64,000 nucleotides of DNA from a virus. The notes beneath the pieces are model-generated. The model was not told where the DNA came from and did no database searches. It saw only the letters and a program-made list of their open reading frames with translations. Shown one piece after another: positions 9,342 through 18,253 of this stretch. The stretch covers positions 53,615-117,614 of IMG/VR virus record IMGVR_UViG_3300024346_000015. One strand, given 5' to 3'. The position numbers were made by a program, and so were the translations under genes. Position 1 is the stretch's first letter, and each line of letters opens with the position of its first letter.

Positions 9342-9857
9342 TCATTTCTGTATCTTTCCCAACCATGCAGTGACGACTAACCTTGTACCCTTTACAACCG
9401 GAGACGCAGCGTGCCAATGATCAGCTGGAAATACTATGGTCTGACCTTCTTCTATTTTCGGAGAATAACCAACATCGTCATCCTCACTTGAATACAAAAC
9501 AAGACCATCCCCTTCGAAGTCATCTGATAGTTCAAGAATACTCACCGTAGTATATATTCTATTTTCCTCTTCACCTATAATGCGATCATAATGTTTAACA
9601 AACTTCTGACCCTTATCGTAATGAAGAACATCTATCTGTGTGACTTCTAATTCACCGTATATGGAGGCCATTTGTTCACAGAACTCCGGATACCATGTAC
9701 GATGGACATCTAACTTAGTACTGGTACGATCGTTGGAAAGATATCCATTGGTACCAACACTAACCTGACTAGGTGTTACTGACAAAGAACCTGAATAGAA
9801 ATCGTCCTTGATCTCATCCAGAAGTTCTTTGTCTATAATGTATCGACCCTCATACAT
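9342..9857 (-). CDS. 2OG-Fe(II) oxygenase (prolyl-hydroxylase-like)
   Basis: HYD iron motif, distal H in WHAASPV, R in GTRLVVTAW. Confidence 0.85.
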   Translation of the reverse strand: MYEGRYIIDKELLDEIKDDFYSGSLSVTPSQVSVGTNGYLSNDRTSTKLDVHRTWYPEFCEQMASIYGELEVTQIDVLHYDKGQKFVKHYDRIIGEEENRIYTTVSILELSDDFEGDGLVLYSSEDDDVGYSPKIEEGQTIVFPADHWHAASPVVKGTRLVVTAWLGKIQK

Positions 9858-10101
9858 CCAAAGTATTAACCTTTGGTATTATATTCAGATCCATTGCTTC
9901 CTTCTCAAGTTGTTCTACTATAGGCAGATTGAGGTACTTCTTAATATCTTCTATCTCGATATTATTCTTTTCACACAACCAGACTATCGCATCAAGGTAA
10001 GACATCGAGTTCGTCCGAACTGCCATCTCCACCATCGATGAGAACTTCTTCTTGTTTAGGAAGTTTTCTTTCGTGGACTCTTCTTGGTTCGTTTCCACCA
10101 T
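9850..10101 (-). CDS. 33: Late transcription co-activator gp33
   Basis: KKFS..VE..V....SYLDAI..CE.N.IE.E.I.K.L...I.E.LE.EA..LN; upstream of gp32. Confidence 0.88.
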   Translation of the reverse strand: MVETNQEESTKENFLNKKKFSSMVEMAVRTNSMSYLDAIVWLCEKNNIEIEDIKKYLNLPIVEQLEKEAMDLNIIPKVNTLDV

Positions 10102-10558
10102 ACCACTCCTTTTTTAGTTCTTGTGTCCACACCTGACTGATGTCTGGATACCATGTACCCACAGATCGTTTAGGTGTTCCATCTGGATAGTACGCCATTG
10201 TCGTACAGATTGTCATCATTCGGCCTTCACGGTTACGACCGTAACGACTGTCTTGATACACACCCCCAGATAGATAGGACTTCAAGTTTTTCAGATAGAC
10301 ATCCAAGATCTGATATTCGTGTCGTTCCTTACTATCCTTAGATAGACGTTGTCTCTTTATGGAGTTCAGTTCAGATGTGATTTCTTTCACCCACACCCGA
10401 ACCTTCTTCCAATGGATAGGACTATCTTCGTCCATCTCCAACAACTCAGGACTGACCGATTTAGATCCATCGTGTCCACGTTTTTCACGAGCGATCCGCA
10501 AACGTTCTGCTGCAGCCAGTCGCTGTTCTTCAGTCATAGGTTTACGTTTCTTCTTCAT
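9992..10558 (-). CDS. Conserved hypothetical protein of T4-like phages
   Basis: KRKPMTEEQR.AAAERL..AR.K N-terminus; C-terminal ..AY..DG.PKR.VGT.YPD. Confidence 0.65.
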   Translation of the reverse strand: MKKKRKPMTEEQRLAAAERLRIAREKRGHDGSKSVSPELLEMDEDSPIHWKKVRVWVKEITSELNSIKRQRLSKDSKERHEYQILDVYLKNLKSYLSGGVYQDSRYGRNREGRMMTICTTMAYYPDGTPKRSVGTWYPDISQVWTQELKKEWYGGNEPRRVHERKLPKQEEVLIDGGDGSSDELDVLP

Positions 10559-10561
10559 AAA

Positions 10562-10828
10562 TTACTCGATCGGCATAAAGGTTAAGAGTGAATCGTAACG
10601 GAAAGATCTCCACTCATTAATACTTAGGTCATACACACGACACGCAACTTCTTCGTTGTTCGGTGCCTTGTCTGACTTAGGACGTTTGTCTTCCGGAATC
10701 ATATCCGTTAACAGTGTTGCTTTCATTTCACGAACACCACCATCCTTCACTTTGGTAAACGACAGACTTACCATTCCGTCTCGAAGCATGTCGAGGATTT
10801 CATCTTTACTATAATTCACTTCACTCAT
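10562..10828 (-). CDS. Small SH3/WYL-like beta-barrel protein
   Basis: L..G.V...FTK..G..R.M.ATL; V.D.....WRSFR.D pattern. Confidence 0.65.
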   Translation of the reverse strand: MSEVNYSKDEILDMLRDGMVSLSFTKVKDGGVREMKATLLTDMIPEDKRPKSDKAPNNEEVACRVYDLSINEWRSFRYDSLLTFMPIE

Positions 10829-11169
10829 GATTTTTCTCCATCTAACTTTCCATTATGTAAATCTTTTAACCATTGGTCACCCTGATCAAACCAGATTAGG
10901 ATCTGTTCCATCGAACTCAATAGTTTCTCAATACTATCCGACTCTTCGGACTTCTCGGCCATCTTGTCGTCACCGACCTTACCTTCTTTACGATCAAGAA
11001 AATAACGGATGGTGTCAACATAAGAATCACGCAGATACTCTACAGTAACCGACTCTGCCTCTTCAGCGGATATATCCGGAAGAGCAACACGATTGACCGG
11101 AGCGGACATCGGTGCATCTTCTTTCGGTAACGGTTTAGAACTATCACCCTTTGTTGCTTTAGCTTTCAT
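10825..11169 (-). CDS. Hypothetical protein
   Basis: ORF packed in a co-oriented array. Confidence 0.55.
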   Translation of the reverse strand: MKAKATKGDSSKPLPKEDAPMSAPVNRVALPDISAEEAESVTVEYLRDSYVDTIRYFLDRKEGKVGDDKMAEKSEESDSIEKLLSSMEQILIWFDQGDQWLKDLHNGKLDGEKS

Positions 11170-11170
11170 A

Positions 11171-11383
11171 TTAAATTTCTCCTATGCGAGTATTTTCTAG
11201 TACATCACTAAAGTGTGCTTTCGCATAGTCACTAGCATCACTCCAATGAATTGGGGACATGTCATCGTACTTCTCTACCGATGCCACTAATTTATCAACA
11301 CGTTTCTCATGCGCCTTTGCTGACTGGATCTTCTCCGCAGCACGTCTGATCATGGCATAACGTTGTGCTTTACTTATCTTCAT
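11171..11383 (-). CDS. Hypothetical protein (start refined to MKISKAQ)
   Basis: ORF track 11171-11467; the internal ATG is more plausible. Confidence 0.5.
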   Translation of the reverse strand: MKISKAQRYAMIRRAAEKIQSAKAHEKRVDKLVASVEKYDDMSPIHWSDASDYAKAHFSDVLENTRIGEI

Positions 11384-11543
11384 TCTTAACTCCACGTTTC
11401 TCGAATTTTTCGGACAACCAACTCTTGTTGTTTTCTTCGTACTCTTCAATCGACAGATTCTTCTCATTCCAATAATCGCGTTCTTCGCAATTCTCTATCC
11501 AATGGTTACGCAAGAAGTTCTTCCAAGTGTCACTGCACATTCA

Positions 11544-11969
11544 TTATACCTCATCAAAGGGGAAACAGTCAAGGAAAAGTTCACGTTCTAAACGATACGC
11601 TTCTTTCTCCCAAGGTTGGTTCATGTAATCATAACCATCAGCCTTGCGTCCTTTCCAAGCGAACCCACCTTCACTGGTAAGTTGACCTCGGAAGAACTGA
11701 CGAGCATGAACCATCTCGTGAGCAAGTGCTTGCATCTGTCTCATGAAACTCTGACCTTTAGTTGCAATGGTCAAGTAAACAGACTTGGTGTCTCCCATAC
11801 AGAGACCTTGTGCTTCACCGTCTAACTTAGACTGAAACTCAATCGCAAGTTCACGGGCAGTAAAACGGTGGATATCTAACGCAACCATGAGGTTACGGAT
11901 GTATTGATCAACAACTTCTTTCTTTGCGTGACGACCAGCAACGTAATACATATTCACTTCTCTCATCAA
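11544..11969 (-). CDS. HExxH zinc metallopeptidase-like protein
   Basis: ALAHEMVHARQF plus downstream PWEKEA; preceded by an early promoter. Confidence 0.7.
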   Translation of the reverse strand: MMREVNMYYVAGRHAKKEVVDQYIRNLMVALDIHRFTARELAIEFQSKLDGEAQGLCMGDTKSVYLTIATKGQSFMRQMQALAHEMVHARQFFRGQLTSEGGFAWKGRKADGYDYMNQPWEKEAYRLERELFLDCFPFDEV

Positions 11970-11979
11970 TTAAGTACAC

Positions 11980-12008
11980 ATTATAAGGGATGGGGCAGAG
12001 AAAGGCAA
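11980..12008 (-). promoter_or_regulatory. Early sigma70-type promoter TTGCCT-N17-TATAAT
   Basis: Consensus hexamers with 17-nt spacer. Confidence 0.8.
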
Positions 12009-12011
12009 GCG

Positions 12012-12305
12012 TTATTTACCAATATCTTTAATATTATTTCTACCGATCACCTGATATGCACCTTTGTTATAAGCAGGGGCGATAGTATAACCAGATGAAA
12101 TATGGACTCTCTCTTCACGAGAAAGTGTTTCATTAACTGTACATTGTACATTATTAGAAACACTTGGGTAGTCCGGTGTGTCGCGCCTGAAGGGCGTCTC
12201 AGGTGAGTACTCCTTGAACTCGACCTCACGGGTCTTAGTCTTGCCCCATGCGTTATACGACTTCTTACGACCGTTCGGGTAGTGTCTCATACTGCCGTGC
12301 AACAT
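12012..12305 (-). CDS. Conserved hypothetical protein
   Basis: C-terminal TIAPAYNKGAYQVI motif common in T4-like phages. Confidence 0.7.
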   Translation of the reverse strand: MLHGSMRHYPNGRKKSYNAWGKTKTREVEFKEYSPETPFRRDTPDYPSVSNNVQCTVNETLSREERVHISSGYTIAPAYNKGAYQVIGRNNIKDIGK

Positions 12306-12423
12306 CTAGATATTCTCCATTCTTCTTGGACTCTTTCTTCTTGTCCACGTGGGTATCGGGTTTATGGTACTTATCCATATTTTTCTTAACGGGGTTCTTA
12401 CGATACTGTGTTTTGTTTTTCAT
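12265..12423 (-). CDS. Small basic hypothetical protein
   Basis: Hand translation MKNKTQYRKNPVKKNMDKYHKPDTHVDKKK...; directly downstream of a promoter. Confidence 0.5.
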   Translation of the reverse strand: MKNKTQYRKNPVKKNMDKYHKPDTHVDKKKESKKNGEYLDVARQYETLPERS

Positions 12424-12441
12424 TCGGACACATCAACCATG

Positions 12442-12470
12442 ATTATATCATACTGGCCTGACGTGGTCAA
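12442..12470 (-). promoter_or_regulatory. Early promoter TTGACC-N17-TATAAT
   Basis: Consensus hexamers. Confidence 0.75.
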
Positions 12471-12567
12471 GCGTTCCATCTCATCTAATGCAGAACGAAT
12501 GTTATCGTACTCACTGATCAGATCGTTCTTCTCGTCTAACAATTGAACCTTCATTACCTTCGTTCCC

Positions 12568-12708
12568 CTAGAGTTTATTGCCATAGTAATCATGCGTCCC
12601 AGCCTCCCAATTCTTTCTCCGAGCGCTGACCTCCAACATACTGTTTAAACTTGCTTTCCAACCACCATAAGCAAAAAGGATTACAAACAACGTTGCTAGT
12701 ACCAACAT
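12568..12708 (-). CDS. 46-aa single-TM protein
   Basis: MLVLATLFVILFAYGGW...NWEAGTHDYYGNKL; TAATG overlap with the upstream stop. Confidence 0.55.
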   Translation of the reverse strand: MLVLATLFVILFAYGGWKASLNSMLEVSARRKNWEAGTHDYYGNKL

Positions 12709-13109
12709 TACGCAGCCTCCTTACGTGACAGGTGATATTCTGAACGATCGCCACTAGGCATCATGACGAACGATAACGTACCAGCGTAAGACTCTCGCTG
12801 AGCAACATAGTTGCCATAGAAGTTGCGGGTGACGAAGTACGGGGGCGACCACTCTTCCCACGGAGTTTGATCCGTATCAACGATACTAGAATCAATGACG
12901 TACTCTTTTGAGTACTCGTCAGACGATTCGATCAACGCAGTGATCTCATCACGGTACGTCTCAACGTTTGCGTAATCGCAGTCGATTACGTAGGTGCTAC
13001 CACCTTTCATCTTCCAATACTGTGGGCATGAACCCTCACCGTCCCAATCATGGGCGCCATAGTTTTCTTCGTGTTGGGTCTCGATTACTAAACGGATCAT
13101 TGCAGTCAT
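12708..13109 (-). CDS. Hypothetical early protein
   Basis: LVIETQHEENYGAHDWDG.G.CPQYWK.KGG motif; purine-rich RBS. Confidence 0.7.
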   Translation of the reverse strand: MTAMIRLVIETQHEENYGAHDWDGEGSCPQYWKMKGGSTYVIDCDYANVETYRDEITALIESSDEYSKEYVIDSSIVDTDQTPWEEWSPPYFVTRNFYGNYVAQRESYAGTLSFVMMPSGDRSEYHLSRKEAA

Positions 13110-13142
13110 AATATATTCTCTCTTCTCATAGTCAATACAAGT

Positions 13143-13171
13143 ATTATACAATACTCAACAGGGTTTGGCAA
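13143..13171 (-). promoter_or_regulatory. Early promoter TTGCCA-N17-TATAAT
   Basis: Consensus followed by ACTTGTATTGA. Confidence 0.8.
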
Positions 13172-13349
13172 CTACTTTTTTAAACTTTCTTCGAGATTTC
13201 GACCATTGTTTCATTGGTTTGTTGAACAAGATCTCTTCGGTGGTGTTCACTTTGATGTAACCGGCAAGTTGTCCTGCCTTGTTTACAATGTAAGTGTGAT
13301 TGGGAATGGTTTGGTCACCCCAATCGGTGACCTCTTGTAAGTACTCCAT
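13155..13349 (-). CDS. Hypothetical protein
   Basis: ORF track; ..PNHTYI....L..YI....W.K.RRKF pattern. Confidence 0.6.
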   Translation of the reverse strand: MEYLQEVTDWGDQTIPNHTYIVNKAGQLAGYIKVNTTEEILFNKPMKQWSKSRRKFKKVVAKPC

Positions 13350-13648
13350 TATGATCTCTTCTTACGTGGTTTGAAACCAAGGGTTTCCATAGCTTCCATC
13401 GGACTAGTAGTTCGAACCAACTCAACGTACTGTTCAACAGTAGAGTTCTTAACTAGGTAGTTAACCCACGACTTCCACGGTTTTGAACCATACTTGAATC
13501 GTGCGATGAACGTGCGTTCTGGCATACCGTGCCAAGATGGGTGACAGTTCGGAGACACTTGCTCCATAGTACGTGAACCTTCGAACGCACCTTGATACAT
13601 AAGGTACATACCGTCCCAACTGAACTTCTCTTTATCAAATCTAGTCAT
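13349..13648 (-). CDS. Hypothetical early protein (start refined to MTRFDKEKF)
   Basis: Downstream of a promoter/RBS cassette. Confidence 0.65.
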   Translation of the reverse strand: MTRFDKEKFSWDGMYLMYQGAFEGSRTMEQVSPNCHPSWHGMPERTFIARFKYGSKPWKSWVNYLVKNSTVEQYVELVRTTSPMEAMETLGFKPRKKRS

Positions 13649-13679
13649 AATCATCTCTCTTCTCATATTCAATACAAGT

Positions 13680-13708
13680 ATTATACTGTACTGGCCAGTA
13701 AATGGCAA
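13680..13708 (-). promoter_or_regulatory. Early promoter TTGCCA-N17-TATAAT
   Basis: Consensus followed by ACTTGTATTGA. Confidence 0.85.
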
Positions 13709-13727
13709 GCGTCTATGATAAAAAAAG

Positions 13728-13765
13728 TATAAATAAATGGGTATAACGAGAAAAAGGTATAAATA
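13728..13765 (+). promoter_or_regulatory. Two tandem late promoters TATAAATA (13728-13735, 13758-13765)
   Basis: Exact consensus twice. Confidence 0.75.
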
Positions 13766-13770
13766 ACAGT

Positions 13771-14034
13771 ATGTCAAACGAACTATTCGATTTCGGGTTT
13801 ACCCTTGTAGATGAGAACGAACTGGAGGTTGTGCAACAGGCGCAAGCAACAGTCACGTCAGCATCAACCTCGGCAACCGAAACACAGGACAAATTAGACA
13901 AATTATTCAATGCGATTCAACCATTGTTAAACAATCTCAAGGCGAACCCAGAGAAAGAGTATATCCTCTGGCCCAATCGTACTGAGAAGATAGAACAATT
14001 TGAGTCTCACATTCAAGGTATTTACAAAGGGTAA
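13771..14034 (+). CDS. Conserved late hypothetical protein
   Basis: FDFGFT.VDE.EL; I.PLL.NLK.NPEKEYI.WPNR. Confidence 0.75.
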   Translation: MSNELFDFGFTLVDENELEVVQQAQATVTSASTSATETQDKLDKLFNAIQPLLNNLKANPEKEYILWPNRTEKIEQFESHIQGIYKG

Positions 14035-14037
14035 GGT

Positions 14038-14940
14038 ATGTTTTACAAAGATGACAGTGAGTTATATGTTCAATCGACCAGATCAGATGGTGAACTCAAT
14101 CTGAGGTACGTTACGCCTGAACTGAAGGAACGTACCTACCGACACATCAATAGTCGTATTGAGAACAGTAAGCGAAACAAGAATCTCCTTACTCATTACA
14201 AGAACGCTGAGATTCATATGGTGGCGGAGATAATCAATCGTGTTCCCATGTATTGTAATGTCATCGCATCTCGCGGATACAGTAATATACTGTTCGTTGG
14301 TCATTTCAACGCATCTCAATATAAGTGGTACCTGAAGACTAGACCAGCAGATCCAGGCACTAGACTGTACCATGAACTACCACCCGAACGTGATGGCCAA
14401 GAGAACTTCGTTGACCTAAACATCTGTCACCAATTTGTTCCTATCATTTGGGACATGTATGGTTACAAACCCAATATGGACTATGTCCAACCACCTCATT
14501 CACGTAACTTGGGTATGATGCACGAGTTGTATCAGAAGTTCCAACTAAACAGAGTCCGGTCGGATCAACAGTACCGTCACGGTGATACTCAGTTTGTTCT
14601 ATCTGATTGGGACGAAAACCCGTATGACGCAGTAGTATTTGCGGGTGTACCTGAAGCGGTAGGTAAAGATTCTTTCTCTATGACAGACGTGGTAGATAGT
14701 CTAGGTGCATATGTAACGGATGATTGTGAGTTTATTGATCTATGGGGAAATGAGTCTCACGACTACCGATTCTATGGCAATGAAGCGGATCATCTACCGA
14801 CTGATAACAATGTCGCTACTGCATTCCGCATTAGAGGGGATTGGGACAAACAGGTTAGGAATGAAGGTCGTCCTGAAGAGTACGCACTAATGTGTAAAAA
14901 CATCAATGCGTACCGCAAGAGTTTTATCTTAGAACCTTAA
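14038..14940 (+). CDS. Hypothetical protein (possible Rossmann-like enzyme)
   Basis: 300-aa ORF co-transcribed with a late gene; ILFVG and YDAVVFAG strands. Confidence 0.6.
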   Translation: MFYKDDSELYVQSTRSDGELNLRYVTPELKERTYRHINSRIENSKRNKNLLTHYKNAEIHMVAEIINRVPMYCNVIASRGYSNILFVGHFNASQYKWYLKTRPADPGTRLYHELPPERDGQENFVDLNICHQFVPIIWDMYGYKPNMDYVQPPHSRNLGMMHELYQKFQLNRVRSDQQYRHGDTQFVLSDWDENPYDAVVFAGVPEAVGKDSFSMTDVVDSLGAYVTDDCEFIDLWGNESHDYRFYGNEADHLPTDNNVATAFRIRGDWDKQVRNEGRPEEYALMCKNINAYRKSFILEP

Positions 14941-15809
14941 CCCCAAGTAACTGCTTTAGGAACGTAAGAGGATATCTTTGATTTGATATCCTTTTCTAAT
15001 TTGTCAACTGGAGTGGCTGGTTTACCTTGACGTTTTGCGTAGAAGTATTTCGCATCTTTTAAGAATGAACCACCCCCACCAGATACTTTAAGATCAGCAT
15101 CGACACCGACCTTGTTGAATGCGAATACGATATCCCCATCCATATATCTCTTCAACGTTGAACCCATGTTAACGATGTCAGCCATAGTCTGTGATGCACC
15201 ACGGTGTGTGTTGACTAGGATCTCTGCGGGTACAGTACGAGAACGTCTGAGGTTCTGTGCCTTTGCCACTTCGATATCGTTGACTACCCATACGATATGG
15301 ATGTTCTTCTTGTCGTAACCCACGTTAGTCAACATACGAGATAGGTTACCTAACTTCTGTAGATCTTTCAGAGTTGTATCGAAAACAAGATTAGGTTTAC
15401 GATCAGGTGCAGCTGCAAGGACACCACGCATCAATACTTTCTCTTTACGTGTATCCAGTTGCAGTACGTTAGCAATGATGTCATGTAACTTACCAACGTT
15501 CTCCGGATCCTTTAGATTAGACGCGATCGCTTCGATATCCATACCAGTCTCCGCCTTGACTCTCTTACGAATCAACGGTGACTTTGCAGAAGCAAGTTTG
15601 AGGGAATCAACGTCCATGACTTTACCCTCAAGACCGACTAGGTTGGATAGGACGAATCCTTTACCAGAACCCGCACCGCCTGCCATGATGACAACGTTAC
15701 CGAAGTTGGGGTAAGCTTTACCGCCAAACGTAATGAGTTTTTCCATCAGAATCTCTGCGGATTCTTGGAGTTCTAGTTCTTCTGTGAGGTGTTCGTTGAA
15801 TGTTTTCAT
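14937..15809 (-). CDS. P-loop kinase (zeta/AAA_33/Pnk-kinase-like) with an internal-protein-like N-terminus
   Basis: Walker A GGAGSGKG, VFDTT Walker B, lid N.RR.R.VP; starts MKTFNEHLTE; TATAAATA at 15816-15823. Confidence 0.8.
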   Translation of the reverse strand: MKTFNEHLTEELELQESAEILMEKLITFGGKAYPNFGNVVIMAGGAGSGKGFVLSNLVGLEGKVMDVDSLKLASAKSPLIRKRVKAETGMDIEAIASNLKDPENVGKLHDIIANVLQLDTRKEKVLMRGVLAAAPDRKPNLVFDTTLKDLQKLGNLSRMLTNVGYDKKNIHIVWVVNDIEVAKAQNLRRSRTVPAEILVNTHRGASQTMADIVNMGSTLKRYMDGDIVFAFNKVGVDADLKVSGGGGSFLKDAKYFYAKRQGKPATPVDKLEKDIKSKISSYVPKAVTWG

Positions 15810-15818
15810 GCTTGTTAT

Positions 15819-15971
15819 TTATACAAGTAAGCAGAGACAAGATACGATAAGTAACAAAATAATCACATTGGGACGAAATTCCCACACGTCACCGATGTCG
15901 CTCCAAGTACCTCGAACGAAATCGATTACTACTTCTTGTGCTTTGTTCCAAAGTTCTTTTACTTTATCCAT
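15819..15971 (-). CDS. 50-aa protein with C-terminal TM helix
   Basis: Hand translation MDKVKELW...NVIILLLIVSCLCLLV. Confidence 0.5.
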   Translation of the reverse strand: MDKVKELWNKAQEVVIDFVRGTWSDIGDVWEFRPNVIILLLIVSCLCLLV

Positions 15972-16599
15972 TCTGGAGTTCCTTAGTCATTGTTTTCTTT
16001 GTCTTTACTACTATCTCCACATTCTCAGGTATTTTGAACTTCACCTTATCATGTGAATGGTACAGATAGAACTTGACATCTTTGTGTTCAGCGAACATTG
16101 CAGGCCAGATCGGTCTCCAATGGTTTGCTATCCTATGTGTATTATTTATAGATCTATCGCTTTCTAGAATCAAATCAGTAGAACTCAATAGATTCATATC
16201 AAACATAGAGTCGAACCCGTAAATGTGTACCTCTTTAGCGTTCATCTTTGTACATGCATAATCAACTGCCATGTGACCACAACTAAAGTTAGTCGCATTA
16301 CCGGCATACTCAGGAACACGTTGATGGAAAGCACGGATGTTCTGTGAGTACTTTAGATAGAAGTTTGGTTGTATCTCCATCCACTTACGTGGACGTGTAC
16401 CCAATATCCAATCGTACATATTCAGATTGACCTTACCTTCAGCCAATGCCATCATCATCTTAAAATCCACCATACAAGATGCGTGAACTTCGTTTCTAGG
16501 TATCTCGAAGGGAGGCATGTTACAGACCAGTAACTTACCTTCGGTGCCACGTTGGAATAAGAAATTGTGGTCTCCGTTACCTAAAACATTTACTCTCAT
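15964..16599 (-). CDS. Glycosyltransferase-like protein (sialyltransferase/Maf-like Rossmann fold)
   Basis: V.VLGNG; FSCGH.A..YA....AKEVHIYGFDS. Confidence 0.55.
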   Translation of the reverse strand: MRVNVLGNGDHNFLFQRGTEGKLLVCNMPPFEIPRNEVHASCMVDFKMMMALAEGKVNLNMYDWILGTRPRKWMEIQPNFYLKYSQNIRAFHQRVPEYAGNATNFSCGHMAVDYACTKMNAKEVHIYGFDSMFDMNLLSSTDLILESDRSINNTHRIANHWRPIWPAMFAEHKDVKFYLYHSHDKVKFKIPENVEIVVKTKKTMTKELQNG

Positions 16600-16952
16600 T
16601 ATTTCTTTCCACCAAAGTATTCTGTAGCGTGACCTTCTTCGAGCAACATCTGATTCACTGTACCATCATCAGTAACAATCGCACCAAGGATACGACCGAA
16701 CTTACCTTTCGCATCATACTTGTGTGTCAGTAATGTTACTACCGTTCCAACGGGCGCCATCTCGTTGACTCTCGCCTTGGCGGCAAGTCCCTTCGCTTTT
16801 TCTTCCAAATCTCTGGTGCGAGATTCCGGAGTATTAATACCGTAAAGACGAACGCGCTGATCACGCAGTACAACATCAAAACCAAGATCAATGTCAACGT
16901 CAACTGTATCACCATCAACCCACCTATCAATGGTTGCTTTATATTCATACAT
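16599..16952 (-). CDS. Staphylococcal-nuclease-like (thermonuclease) protein
   Basis: VDGDTVD..IDLGF; RVRL.GI.TPE; GKFGRILG. Confidence 0.88.
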   Translation of the reverse strand: MYEYKATIDRWVDGDTVDVDIDLGFDVVLRDQRVRLYGINTPESRTRDLEEKAKGLAAKARVNEMAPVGTVVTLLTHKYDAKGKFGRILGAIVTDDGTVNQMLLEEGHATEYFGGKK

Positions 16953-17604
16953 CTATTTTACCCCTAATTATATCATTACCTTTTTGTCCTGTGTGGTGTA
17001 CCACTGTAGGACTTTTTACTGCTGTCCCATCTATGTAGTCTAACCGTAACGTATTGAACCGTGATGGTAGACTGTTTATCAGTGACATCCTCATTATCTC
17101 ATTACCGTCAATCATTCTGTACAGGGTCTCTTGATCACCTACTTCAGGGTTGTTTATACACTCATCAGCCCAGTGTCTTAATATGTTGGGACTTCCTTTG
17201 AAAACAACAACACCAGAGTTATGCCATACTCCTTTAGATCCACGTCTACGACTCCACGGTTTATCTTCGACCATTCCTAGTCTACCGTCTTCCGTCCAAT
17301 TAAAGATAGTGTCGATACTATCGTTCATGACTTCACAATCAGTATCTAACCAACATATACGATCATAATCCATACGACTAGCGTCTAACATGGCACGTGG
17401 TTTCTTGAACCATCCTTTTGCCTGTGACTCACAACTACTCACCGTGATGTTTTCTAGTGGTTCTAACGACTCGATCATTTCACTAGACATACCAAAGTCA
17501 GAAATAATCAATGGTGTGTCACTGTGTTGTCTTAGGTTAGTTATGAACCAAGGTAGTTGCCACTCAGTATTCTCATCACATCCTGTCAAAAAGGCATTAG
17601 GCAC
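16945..17604 (-). CDS. GT-A glycosyltransferase (GT8-like)
   Basis: WLDTDC DxD; NSGVVVF; DQETL; VVHHTG. Confidence 0.78.
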   Translation of the reverse strand: MPNAFLTGCDENTEWQLPWFITNLRQHSDTPLIISDFGMSSEMIESLEPLENITVSSCESQAKGWFKKPRAMLDASRMDYDRICWLDTDCEVMNDSIDTIFNWTEDGRLGMVEDKPWSRRRGSKGVWHNSGVVVFKGSPNILRHWADECINNPEVGDQETLYRMIDGNEIMRMSLINSLPSRFNTLRLDYIDGTAVKSPTVVHHTGQKGNDIIRGKIDV

Positions 17605-18253
17605 GGATCACGTCCACCTTATTATGTTTAGATTTAGTTCCTTCTTCACGTTGAATAGTAGTAAACGTATCACGTGCAGTTGCAGGCCACGGATAGTATT
17701 CTTGTATCCAAGGGAAGTCTTCTAGGTTCATAAACACATCGGTTGGACGAGCATATATCTTTGCTTGTGCTACGAGTCTCCTCGCACCTTCGGGTTTCAA
17801 CATGTAGGCGTGAGCGCCAGGCATGTACGGGTTTCTTCCGTTCCCACCTTTACTACACAAAGGATTAACACCCAGTGTCATCGGTGTATTGTACTTACCG
17901 TAAGAGGGCGCACCGATATTCATCATGTAGTCAAAGTGTTGGGTCGGTAGACTGTTGTTGAGTACCGCATCATGTTCAAAGATAACAAATGTCTCGTCAT
18001 CTTCTATACACTGTTTCCATAGACTGTAGTGTGAAAAGAACGCAGCAGCGCAGTTATCTGGTCTACTGTATTTCTCAAGAAACCCGTCCATCTTCATACC
18101 TTCTTTCTCAAACAACACCGCAAGATCATCTCTAGGTGTGGTCGCAGGCCAGTTCTTAATGTTGATATTATACCATGAACTGTGACGGATGCATCGATCT
18201 GCCACATGAACCGAATCGGGGTTGTCCATGATTGTAATTACATAGGCTCTCAT
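17597..18253 (-). CDS. Glycosyltransferase family 25-like
   Basis: AYVI; C..SHYSLWKQC; VIFEHDA; GAHAYML.P.GA..L. Confidence 0.78.
   Translation of the reverse strand: MRAYVITIMDNPDSVHVADRCIRHSSWYNINIKNWPATTPRDDLAVLFEKEGMKMDGFLEKYSRPDNCAAAFFSHYSLWKQCIEDDETFVIFEHDAVLNNSLPTQHFDYMMNIGAPSYGKYNTPMTLGVNPLCSKGGNGRNPYMPGAHAYMLKPEGARRLVAQAKIYARPTDVFMNLEDFPWIQEYYPWPATARDTFTTIQREEGTKSKHNKVDVIRA

Noticed and set aside
9992-10101. 110-nt overlap of the hypothetical gene with gp33
   Set aside because: The overlapping tail is low-complexity and looks like a simple stop-codon extension; no sign of recoding.
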